45,698 nt of DNA. It comes from Mobula birostris. Its lineage: Eukaryota. The stretch spans positions 1 through 45,698 of the forward strand of contig NW_027276046.1 of assembly GCF_030028105.1 (NCBI RefSeq). Direction: 5' to 3'. Both the position numbers and the translations under genes were made by a program. The notes under the pieces were generated by a model. That model saw only the letters and a program-made list of their open reading frames with translations, was not told the origin of the DNA and ran no database searches. Shown here piece by piece: positions 35,550 through 45,698 of the stretch (positions within the stretch are counted from its first letter, which is position 1; each line of letters starts with the position of its first letter).

Positions 35550-36140
35550 GAATGGCTTCAGGGGCAGGGTTTTGCACTCTGTGTGGGATGTGGGAAGTCT
35601 GGGAGACTCCAGTCTCCCAGGTGAACACATCTGTACCAGGTGCGCCGAGTTGCAGCAACTGAGAGAATGTATTAAGGAACTGGAGCTGCAGCTCGATGAC
35701 CTTCGACTCATACAGGAGAATGACGAGGTGATAGACAGGAGCTACAGAGAGATAGTTACCCCAAGGTTGCAGGAGACAGGTAACTGGGTGACTGTCAGGA
35801 GATTGAGGGGAAATGCAGAACCAGTGCAGAGAACACCTGTGGCTGTTCCCCTCAATAACAAGCATTTAACTTTAGAAACAATGGAGAGGAATCCATCTAC
35901 TGGGGGGAGCCAGAATGACCGGGTCTCTGGCACTGAGTCTGGTGATGTGGCTCAGAAGAGGAGACAGGTGAAGAGGAATGTAGTTATGATAGGAGATTCC
36001 TTCATCAGAAGAACAGGGACGAGGTTCTGTGGGCTCGATAGAGACACCCAGATGGTATGTTGCATCCCTGCTGCCAGGAACAGGGATATCAAAGATTGTG
36101 TCCATGGTATTCTCAACGGCAAGCGTGACTAGCCAGAAGT
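35550..36140 (+). mobile_element. CR1 ORF1 fragment
   Basis: EHICTRCAELQQLRECIKELELQLDDLRLIQE...VMIGDSFI; paralogous to ORF1 at 32771-33541; truncated at about 36140. Confidence 0.88.
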
Positions 36141-37420
36141 TGTTATTACAAGACACTCCCAACTGCACCAACTTCCGGGAGTATGGATAGCTGGCATGGC
36201 CCCTTTAGGGAATCAGGATGGTCCTGCTAATTGATAATCATGTTTGGGCACCAAGAATTAAGTATTTAAGGAACAGCTGAACAGAGGTTCGGTGCTCAAT
36301 CATAAGCCAACTGGTGATATCATCCAGCATTTGTTTTGCGCTCAGATCTAGTTTGATACTGTGTTTAGAACCTTGCTTCGTTTACCCCGGCAATTGGGTC
36401 CAAACCATTCTCATCAAGGACTCTTGTCACATTACAATTGAGCAAACATGGACCCAGTGGGATATCAAAATCTTTCGTCCACTGTGGTGACAAGGATTTC
36501 CAGACAAGGCCTGGAGATTCACGAACTCCAGGTAGCCATTCAACAACTTTTGCAAGGAGGAAGCCAAGGTCGTTTGGAAAAGCCATTTCATGCTTGTATG
36601 GAGCCAGCACATCATTCAATCCCAGAGAGATTCGACAGTGACTCGGGTTCTTGCCATGGCTCTTCACCCAATGCTCATTCATGTTTGAACTACAGCTGTC
36701 CCAATTCCCTTCAGAGTGAGGAAAGGTGGCCTTCATTATCTCTCTCCGGACTGGAAGAGCCCTGGCCTGGGCCACTACGCATTTGGAATGTAGGTCTGAG
36801 ACCTCTTCGGATTCAGAGGAATTCATGGCTGCCATGAGGAAGGTGTTTAATCACCTCATCGGTGCCAGCGAGCTCAACAGTGGGTATGGTCTGCGGCCGC
36901 AATGCAGTCGAATTTTGGACCTTGGCCCAGAAGAGTGGTTGGAATGGGGAGGCCGTGGGCATGTTCTACTGCCACGGATGAACTGAAGGATGCCTCTCCT
37001 CGGGAAAGCCAACTGAGATCGCAGAGGCTTTGAGTGATCAGTCCATCCATCTCAATAATCATCTGGCAGACCAAAAGTGGGACCACTTCAGGAAATCAAA
37101 GTGAGCCGGTCCAATCCCAGTCCCTACGCATCGCAGTTTCACCCCCGAACCTCGGACCATAACCAGCCCGTCGCCGACTCAAGATCCAGTTGGACCCATG
37201 CAGGTCGATTGTACTGGAGTCTCCGCCGATGAAAGGTCCCGGCGTCAGAGTCAAGGTCGCTGCTTTTACTGTGAGAAAGACTGTCACTGGTGGGCCGAAT
37301 GTCCCCAGCTGTGGACTGGAGGGAGGGGAGAATCATTGCTTGCTCCAGTCATCATAAGAGGGTTTGTTTGTGCCATGGTGTTCTGAGACTCAGACTCTCC
37401 CGTGACCAACAACCAATAAT
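36141..37420 (+). mobile_element. Ty3/gypsy-like LTR retrotransposon gag remnant (possible 5' LTR about 36141-36436)
   Basis: Frameshifted gag-like peptides PERFDSDSGSC / AFIISLRTGRALAWAT...EEFMAAMRKVF and a CX2CX4HX4C zinc knuckle (CFYCEKDCHWWAEC) near 37260-37305. LTR limits are tentative (TG...CA). Confidence 0.75.
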
Positions 37421-37819
37421 AGGGCTGCCTTCCGTTTGAGGTAACCTGAGACCTTCGAGTGACCAAGTCCTGCCCTCAAGGATGAACAAGCCATTTCCCG
37501 TCAATACACTGCAAGTCCCAACACCATCTAGTTGGGACCTCTCGTTCAGGAGAGGACCAAGGAAATATCTGAACAGTCTGGGGAACTTGCAGCCAAGCTT
37601 ATGGAATCCAGCCACTAGGTATGAAGGAAGGGAAAAGATTCTTTTACGCTGAACCTCGAAGTCTATTTCCGAGAGGGAAATAACCCTCTGTAATGCCTCG
37701 CTGCCATTGCCTGAGGATTCAGACGGGGATTTGAGGAGGAAGAAGCGTTCAAAAGGCAAGATGACACAACCATGGCAAGATGACACAACAATGGAAGTCA
37801 AAAGCAACATAACAGCCAA

Positions 37820-38600
37820 AGACAGGGCATATCATTGAGCTCGCATTGGTGGGAAGTTAGAGGATTGGGCAGCATTTAAAACCAACAGAAGGCATCTAAA
37901 AACATCAGTAAGAAGAGTAAGACAGAATACTAAAGTTAGCTACCCAATAGTATTAAAGAGAACACCAAATCTTGCTTCAGATACATAAAGTGTAAAAGAG
38001 ATGCGAGAGTGGGTATCGGACCACTGGAAAAAATACTGGAGAGGTAATAATGGGGGACAAGAAAATGGTGGACAAACTGAATAAATACCTTGCATCAGTG
38101 AGGATGACACTAGCAGTCTGTTAGAAGTTCCAGGTGTCGGCGTCATGAGGTGTGTGAAGCTACCACTATTACAGAGAAGATTCTTGAGAAATTGAAAGGT
38201 CTGAAGGTAAATAAGTCACATGGACCAGATGGTGTACACCACAACATTCAGAAAGATTTTACCTTTTTACATTATATGTCAGTGATTTGGATGTTGGACT
38301 TGATGGATTTGTTGGAAAGTTTGCAGACAATAGGTCGAGGGGCAAGTAGTTTTGAGGAAGCAGGGACAATACAGAAACAGTTAAATAGATTAGATTAGGA
38401 GAGTGGGCAAAGAAGAGGCAGATGGAATACAATGTTGGGAATTGTATGGTCATGCTCTTTGGTAGAAGAAATGAAATGGTTGACTCTTTCCTAATGGACA
38501 GAAAATACAAAACTCTGAGATGCAAAGGGTTTTGTGAATCCTTGTGCAGGATTCTCTCATGGTTAATTTGCAGGATGAATCTGTGCCGAGGAATTGAACC
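37820..38600 (+). mobile_element. Degenerate CR1 fragments
   Basis: ILEKLKGLKVNKSHGPDGVH and W...QMEYNVGNCMVMLFG motifs of CR1 ORF2. Confidence 0.75.
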
Positions 38601-39109
38601 TTTCTGAAAAATTTTCATGCGATTCAACCCCCACAACGACTTTAAAAAATGTGACCACTGGTAGGGCAAGCCGTATGTCAGATCTGTGCGCAAACCAATG
38701 GAGATAAAAAGGGAGGGTGGGAACATGCAGATCTCCAACCAATAGAGGTAGATGGTCTGTATGTTTCTCTAACCAGATGAAAGACGGGTGGGAGGACCAG
38801 CAGACCTTTTAACCAATGGCGGCAGGGATAGAAACAGGTAGGTGGGAGGTCTGGTTCACTGTGTCTACCTGACTTTTTCTCTGGTGTTTCCCTTCTGTCT
38901 TCCCTTGGCAAACAGCCTATGGTGGGAGTGGCCTGTGTATACTGGCATCCCGACACTCTCGCAAACATCCTTTCCCCATCAATCCCATCTGGGCCTTTCA
39001 ATAGTCGATAATGTTCTAACGTTTTTATGGTGGTTGGCAAAAAGCTTGAGGGTGCATTACCGCCACTACTGAACCAGAGTGTGGGTCAACATATCATGAC
39101 ACACATTTT

Positions 39110-40545
39110 TAAATTTGACCCCATATTTATATTTGTATCAAATTTATAAAAAGACCTGTGTTCTTAATGAACTGCACTATATACTTAAGGTAATAATCCT
39201 GCAATCCTTTCTGCAAAATGCTGTTAATTTTAAATTGAATTTTATTCTGTGATAACTCTAAAATCAACCAACCACTCTCTTGATTATGTCTTGTTGATTA
39301 CAATAATCACAACTCCCATTATTGTGTTTCTTCATGAAAAACGATGTACTTTAATCCTGTGTGCCCAAATCTCAATTTTGATGTTATCACCTCCTGCCTC
39401 CTGCTCTTTCCTGCATTCCTCAACCATCCCATTTCTTTCTGGATATTATTATATAGTCGAAATAAGGTTTGTATTACCTTACTTACAATGTCTCGTCTTG
39501 CCTCTGAATGTAAATCTTTTAGACTCCTGATTGTTGTCCTTGAATCAGACAATATTGCAAATCTAATTGATCTTACCCCCTCCACCCACTGCAAAGTGAA
39601 TAGTCCAGCTGTCATTTCATCTGTATACACTGAGAAATCATCATCTATCCTCACCTGCTTTTTCATGTTAAAATCAGGCACCACCAATCCTACCCCTAAT
39701 CTAATATTGCCAGTTTTGAAGCATTTGTTTGCATTTGTAAATATACATAATGACCATTATTTACATAAGTTTCAACTATATCTTGATTTAAAATCACCTC
39801 TCTATTTTTCTGTCTCTTTTGGAATAATTTAGGATCCACCCCGGTGCTTCACACAGTCATGGAGACAGCTCAGGAAAAGGCATTGTATCACTCACTGCCT
39901 TTTTACTAACTCCTGTCCTTTCTGCTTTCCCTTCAATAGTCCATGCAAAACTTCTGAATTTCTTTCTTTCCTTTTCCCAGCATCAATCTAAAAGCCGTTT
40001 ACTTGGATGATGTTCTCCAGGCCCTTGTAGGTTTACCCAATATGTTAACACAAGTTGTGATCTTCTCAGTTCCAGAGGTGTCTCTCCAAACTCCACCTGC
40101 ATTGCCACCACTGGTATTGTCCTTATTGCCCCTGTCAGCTCCCCTTTCCTTTCCTTTTAAACACCTCATAACATTTAGCACTTTCTTACTTTTGGTTATT
40201 ATTTCTTTACTATGTGTTGACCATGTGAGTCTTTTATCAAACCAGATTCCTAAAAATTTAAAGGTATCCACATTTTCTAATTCCATACCATAAAGTATTA
40301 GCTTCAAGTGTTGTTCTGTCCTCTCCCTAGTGAAAAACATTATTTTGGATTTCTCTGCTGAAAATCTGAATTCCTATTTTCATGCCCAATCTTCCACCTT
40401 AACATTTGCTTCTTGAAGTTTCCGTGTTATAAATTCCACATTCCCACCCCTTTTCCATATAGCTCCATCATCCACAAATAATGATATTCCAATACTACTA
40501 TTTCTATTAGAAAATATATCATTTATCATGATAGTAAATAATATT
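39110..40545 (-). mobile_element. I/Nimb-clade-like LINE 3' portion (RT end plus RNase H)
   Basis: Minus strand SIGISLFVDDGAIWKRGG (about 40450-40500), FKFLGIWFDKRLTWSTH (39999-40340), and RNase H-like VYTD...AILSDSRTTIRSL plus SKLRFGHTGL (39319-39687). Confidence 0.7.
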
Positions 40546-40549
40546 CTGT

Positions 40550-41400
40550 TGTTGGTTTACAAACAGAAGCAGTGTGCAGTGAGACTGCTCTCCACAGTGA
40601 CATACCAAAACTCCTCAAGCTCCTAAACAAATACAGCAGCTGTTGTGCCTTCTCTGAAGCTGCATCAGTATGCTGGGTCTTCTGGGTCTTGATAAGGAAA
40701 AGGTGGAAGAATATTCATGGGTTGCACGTGAATCCAAGGCAGATAAATATCTTTGTGGGCAGGTTTGCTGGAGCTGTTCAGAAGGGTTTGAACTAATTTG
40801 GCAGGGGATGGAAAATGGAGTGATAGAGCTGAGGACCTATTCGTTGGTTTACAAACAGAGGCAGTGTGTAGTGAGTCTGCTAGCAAGCAAAGGCTGATGT
40901 TAGGGCAAAATTGCAGTCAATGGGATGAGTTGAAATGGAAAAGGGTGATGAACCTTGGGGTGATGCCCAAAGAAAAAACATTGAATTGAAAGGACAGGGA
41001 GATAGGTAGAAGGCGTGGTGTAGCTGTGTTGGGAAAAAAATTAAATCAAATCATTAGAAAGACGTGACAAAGGATCAGAAGTTGTAGAGTTGTTGTGGGT
41101 AGAGCTAAGAAACAGTAAGGGTAAAGTCCTTGATATGAGTTATATACAGACCTCCGCACAGTAGCAAAGATGCAGTCTACAAATTACAATGAGAGATAGA
41201 AAATGCATGTCAAAAGTGCAATGTTAAGAGAGTAATCAGGAATTTCAATATGCGGATAAATTGGGATTGGGATAGCTATCGACAAGGATAGGTATGGTCC
41301 TTGTGGAAGAGATTTAAATTGACACAGGGCAACCTACAAGGGCATTAGGCAGGAACTAAGAAGCGTTAATTGGGAACACCTTTTCTCTGGCAAGTCCATA
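40550..41400 (+). mobile_element. Degenerate CR1 ORF1-end/endonuclease fragment
   Basis: Nucleotide similarity to 28920-29640 (TTGTTGGTTTACAAACAGAAGCAGTGTG.AGTGAGACTGCT). Confidence 0.75.
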
Positions 41401-41404
41401 TCAG

Positions 41405-42845
41405 ACATAAGACCGTGAGACGGGGGCAGTATTAGGCCATTCAGCCCATCAAGGCTGCCCTGCTATTCCATCACGGCTGATCCCAGACTCCACTCAACCT
41501 CATACACCTGCCTTCTCGCCATATTCTTTGATGCCCTGACCGATTAGGAAACTATTAACTTCCACCTTAAATACATCCATGATTTGGCCTCTACTGCAGT
41601 TTGTGGCAGAGCATTCCGCAGATTCAGCATTTTCAGGCTAAAAAAACTCCTCCTTACCTTTGTTCTAAAAGATTGCCCCTCAAGTTTGAGGCTGTGCTCT
41701 CTTGTTCCATATACCCCCACCAGAGGAAACATACACTCCACATCCATCCTATCTAGTCTTTTCAACATTTGGTAGATGTTTGGTAAACATTTGGTAAATG
41801 AGATTCCCCCGCATTCTACTAAATTCCAGTGAGGACAGGCCCAAATCTGCCATTTGCTCCTCATACCTTAACTCCGTCATTCCTGGAATCATCCTCATGA
41901 ACCTTCTCTGGACTCTCCAATGAAAACACATCCTTTCTGAGATATTGGGCCCAAAACCGATGACAGTATGCCAAGTGTGGCCTGATTAGTGTCTTATGAA
42001 GCCTCTGCGTTATCTCCTTGCTTTGATATTCTATTCCCCTTGAAATAAATGCCAACATTCCATTTGCTTTCTTCATCACAGGCTTGACCTGTAAATTAAC
42101 CTTCTGGGAATCTTACACAAGGATTCCTAAGTCCCTTTGCACCTCTGATGTTTGAACCTTCTCCGCATTTAGATAATAGTCCGCACTATTGTTCCTTTTA
42201 CCAAAATGCATTATCATACATTTCCCTAGATTGTAATTCATCTGCCACTTTTTTCCAAATCTTCCAATTTGTCTAAGTCATGCTGCAATTGCATTGCTTC
42301 CTCAGCACTACCTACCCCTCTACCTATCTTCATACTTTGCCACAAAGCCATCAATTCCATTATCAAAGTCATAAACAAACAATCTGAAAAGTAGCGGTCT
42401 CAATACTGATCCCTGCGGAACATCACTCGTCAATGGCAACCAACCAGAGAAGGCCCCTCTTATTCCCACTCACTGCCTGCTGCCTGTCAGCCATTCCTCT
42501 ATCCATGCCGGTACGTTTCCTGTAACATCATCGGATTTTATCTTGTTGAGTAGCCTCAAGTGTGGCACCTTAACAAATGCCTTCTGAAAATCCAAGTAAA
42601 TGACATCCACTGCCTCTCCTTTGTCCACCCTGCTTGTTACTTCCTTGAAGAACTCTAACAGATTTGTCAGGCAAGATTTCCCATTGTAGAGACGATGTTG
42701 ACTTTGACTTATATCATCATTAGTCTCCAAATACCCCAAAAACTCATCCTTAATAAGAGACTCCAACACTTTCCCAGCCACTGAGTTTTGGCTAACTGAC
42801 CTATAATTTCCTTTTTTTTGCCTTCCTCCCTTCTTAAAGAGTGGA
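41405..42845 (-). mobile_element. CR1 RT to 3' end fragment
   Basis: LFKKGGRQKKGNYRSVS...CLTNLLEFFKEVTSRVDKGEAVDVIYLDFQKAFVKVPH (42470-42862) and downstream C-terminal motifs to about 41405. Confidence 0.88.
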
Positions 42846-45698
42846 AGATGTTTAAAGAGCAATTACACAGAGTACAGGAAAGGTATGTACCTGTTAGAAG
42901 GAAGGATGGGGATGGAAATATAAGAGAACTTTGGATATCCAGAGATGTGATGAACTTAGTCAAGAAGAAAAAGTATGTAAACCTTCAGAAGTTTGAATCA
43001 AATGAAGCACGTGAGGAGTATAAATCATGGAAAAGGATAGAATCAGAGAGGATTGGAAAATTTTTAATTGGGGAAGGGCAAATTTTGATGCATTAAGGCT
43101 AGAACTTGCGGGTGTGAATTGGGATGATGTTTTTGCAGGGAAATGTACTGTGGACATGTGGTCGATGTTTAGGGATCTCTTGCAGGATGTTAAGGATAAA
43201 TTTGTCCCAGTGAGAAAGATAAGGAATGGTAGGGTGAAGGAACCATGGTTGACAAGTGAGGTGGAAAATCTAGTCAGGTGGAAGAAGGCAGCATACATGA
43301 GGTTTAGGAAGCAAAGATCAGATGGGTCTATTGAAGAATATAGGGAAGCAAGAAAGGAGCAAAAGAAGGGGCTGAGGAGCAAGAAGGGGGTATGAAAAGG
43401 CCTTGGCGAGTAGGATAAAGGAAAACCCCAAGGTATTTTTCAATTATGTGAAGAACAAAAGGATGACAGGAGTGAAGATAGGACCGATTAGAGATAAAGG
43501 TGGGAAGATGTGCCTGGAGGTTGTGGAAGTGAGCAAGGTGCTCAATGAATACTTCTCTTCAGTATTCACCAATGAGAGGGAACTTGAAGACGGTGAGGAC
43601 AATATGAGTGATGTTGATGTTCTGGAGCATGTCGATATTAAGGGAGAGGAGGTGTTGGAGTTATTAAAATACATTAGGATGGATAAGTCCCCAGGGCCTG
43701 ATGGAATATTCCCCAGGCTGCTCCACGAGGCGAGGGAAGAGAGTGCTCAGCCTCTGGCAAGGATCTTTATGTCCTCGTTGTCCACGGAAATGGTACCGGA
43801 GGATTGGAGGGAGGCGAATGTTGTCCCCTTGTTCAAAAAAGGAAGTAGGGATAGTCCAGGTAATCATAGTCCAGTGAGCCTTACGTCTGTGGTGGGAAAG
43901 CTTTTGGAAAAGATTCTTAGAGATAGGATCTATGGGCATTTAGAGAATCATAGTCTGATCAGGGACAGTCAGCATGGCTTTGTGAAGGGCAGATCGTGTC
44001 CAACAAGCCTGATGGAGTTCTTTGACGAGGTGACCAGGCATATAGATGAGGGTAGTGCAGTTGTGATCTACATGGATTTTAGTAAGGCATTTGACAAGGT
44101 TTCACACAGTAGGCTTATTCAGAAGTCAGAAGGCATGGGATCCAGGGAAGTTTGGCCAGGTGGATTCAGAACTGGCTTGCCTGCAGAAGGCAGAGGGTCA
44201 TGGTGGAGGGAGAACATTTGGATTAGAGGGTTGTGACTTTTGGTGTCCTACAAGGATTGGTTCTGAGACCTCTACTATTTGTGATTTTTATTAATGACCT
44301 GGATGTCGGGGTAGGAGGGTGGGTTGGCAAGTTTGCAGATGACACAAAGGTTAGTGGTGTTGTTGATAGTATAGAGGATTGTCGAAGATTGCAGAGACAT
44401 TGATAGGATGCAGAAGTGGGCTGAGAAGTGGCAGATGGAGTTCAACCCGGAGAATTGTGAGGTAGTACACTTTGGAAGGACAAACTCCAAGTCAGAGTAC
44501 ATAGTAAATAGCAGGATACTTGGTAGTGTGGAGGAGCAGAGAGATCTGGGGGTACATGTCCACAGAACCCCGAAATTTGCCTCACAGGTTGATAGGGTAG
44601 TTAAGAAAGCTTATGGGGTGTTAGCTTTCATAAGTCAAGGGATAGAGTTTAAGAGTCGCGAGGTAATGATGCAGCTCTGTAAAACTCTGGTTAGGCCACA
44701 CTTGGAGTACTGTGTACAGTTCTGGTTGCCTCACTATAGGAAGGATGTGGAAGCATTGGAAAGGGTACAGAGGAGTTTCACCAGGATGCTGCCTGGTTTA
44801 GAGAGTATGGATTAGAGATTAAGGGAGCTAGGGCTTTACTCTTTGGAGAGAAGGAGGATGACAAGAGACAAAAGACCATAAGACAAAGGAGCAGAAGTCG
44901 GCCATTTGGCCCATCGAGTCTGCTCCGCCGTTTTATCATGAGCTGATTCATTCTCCCATTTAGTCCCACTCCCCGCCTTCTCACCATAACCTTTGATGCC
45001 CTGGCTACTCAGATACCTATCAATCTCTGCCTTAAATACACCCAATGACTTGGCCTCCACTACTGCCCGTGGCAACAAATTCCATAGATTCACCACCCTC
45101 TGGCTAAAAAATTTTCTTTGCATCTCTGTACTGAATGGGCGCCCTTCAATCCTTAAGTCATGCCCTCTCGTACTAGACTCCCTCATCATGGGAAACAACT
45201 TGGCCACATCCACTCTGTCCGTTGCTTTCAACATTCGAAATGTTTCTATGAGGTCTCCCCTCATTCTTCTAAACTCCAAGGAATACAGTCCAAGAGCAGA
45301 CAAATGTTCCTCATATGTTAACCCGCTCATTCCCGGAATCATTCTAGTGAATCTTCTCTGTACCCTCTCCAACGTCAGCACATCCTTTCTTAAATAAGGA
45401 GACCAAAACTGCCCACAGTACTCCAAGTGAGGTTTCACCAGCACCTTATAGAGCCTCAACATCACATCCCTGCTCCTATACTCTCCCATAGACATGACAG
45501 AGGTGTACAAGATATTAAGAGGAATAGATAGAGTGGACAGCCAGCGCCTCTTCCCCAGGGCACCACTGCTCCATACAAGAGGACATGGCTTTAAGGTTAG
45601 GGGTGGGAAGTTCAAGGGGGATATTAGAGGAAGGTTTTTCACTCAGAGTGCTTGGTGCATGGAACGCACTGCCTGAGTCAGTGGTGGAGGCAGATACA
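42845..45698 (+). mobile_element. CR1 ORF2 (RT) fragment(s), interrupted by an inverted CR1 3' fragment
   Basis: RT motifs in 43403-44236 and 44408-44815. The plus-strand element breaks at AGGAGGATGACAAGAGACA (about 44870) and resumes at AGACATGACAGAGGTGTACAAG (about 45490). Confidence 0.88.
44870..45490 (-). mobile_element. Nested CR1 3' fragment
   Basis: Minus-strand open frame YRSRDVMLRLYKVLVKPHLEYCGQFWSP...FKAEIDRYLSSQGIKGYGEKAG; same subfamily as 19860-20480. Confidence 0.88.

Noticed and set aside
81-45676. The many 60-160 aa ORFs in the supplied track as independent genes
   Set aside because: They are antisense or off-frame shadows of Ig exons and retroelements, or short unsupported frames.
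1-45698. CRISPR arrays, rRNA or true tRNA genes
   Set aside because: Tandem repeats here have no unique spacers, and the only tRNA-like sequence is the SINE head at 7412-7470.

Overview
This is eukaryotic genomic DNA from a cartilaginous fish, probably a ray or skate judging by the repeat content (inference). It holds one IgW-type immunoglobulin heavy-chain cluster on the + strand, embedded in CR1, Rex1/Babar, I/Nimb and Penelope retroelement remnants, a gypsy gag remnant and a Chapaev-like DNA transposon. Exon order read from the sequence: leader (855-900); VH (1010-1314) ending in a short D-like tail and a 12-bp-spacer RSS; no convincing JH; CH1 (7250-7831) broken by a SINE and a nonsense codon; CH2 with a triplicated splice acceptor; short Cys-rich secretory exon; CH3; CH4; CH5; CH6 with tailpiece; about 10 kb further on, a second diverged but intact CH3'-CH4' pair; then TM1. 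The main anomaly is the contrast between the two halves. The V-J-CH1 front end is altered or damaged: apparent germline V-D join, compensated frameshift in FR1, J missing, CH1 dead. Every exon from CH2 to TM1 is open with canonical splice sites, and CH2 may have gained an 18-aa Pro/Thr hinge-like extension. Most ORFs in the supplied track are shadows of repeats. All calls are by eye, with no database searches; repeat boundaries are approximate.
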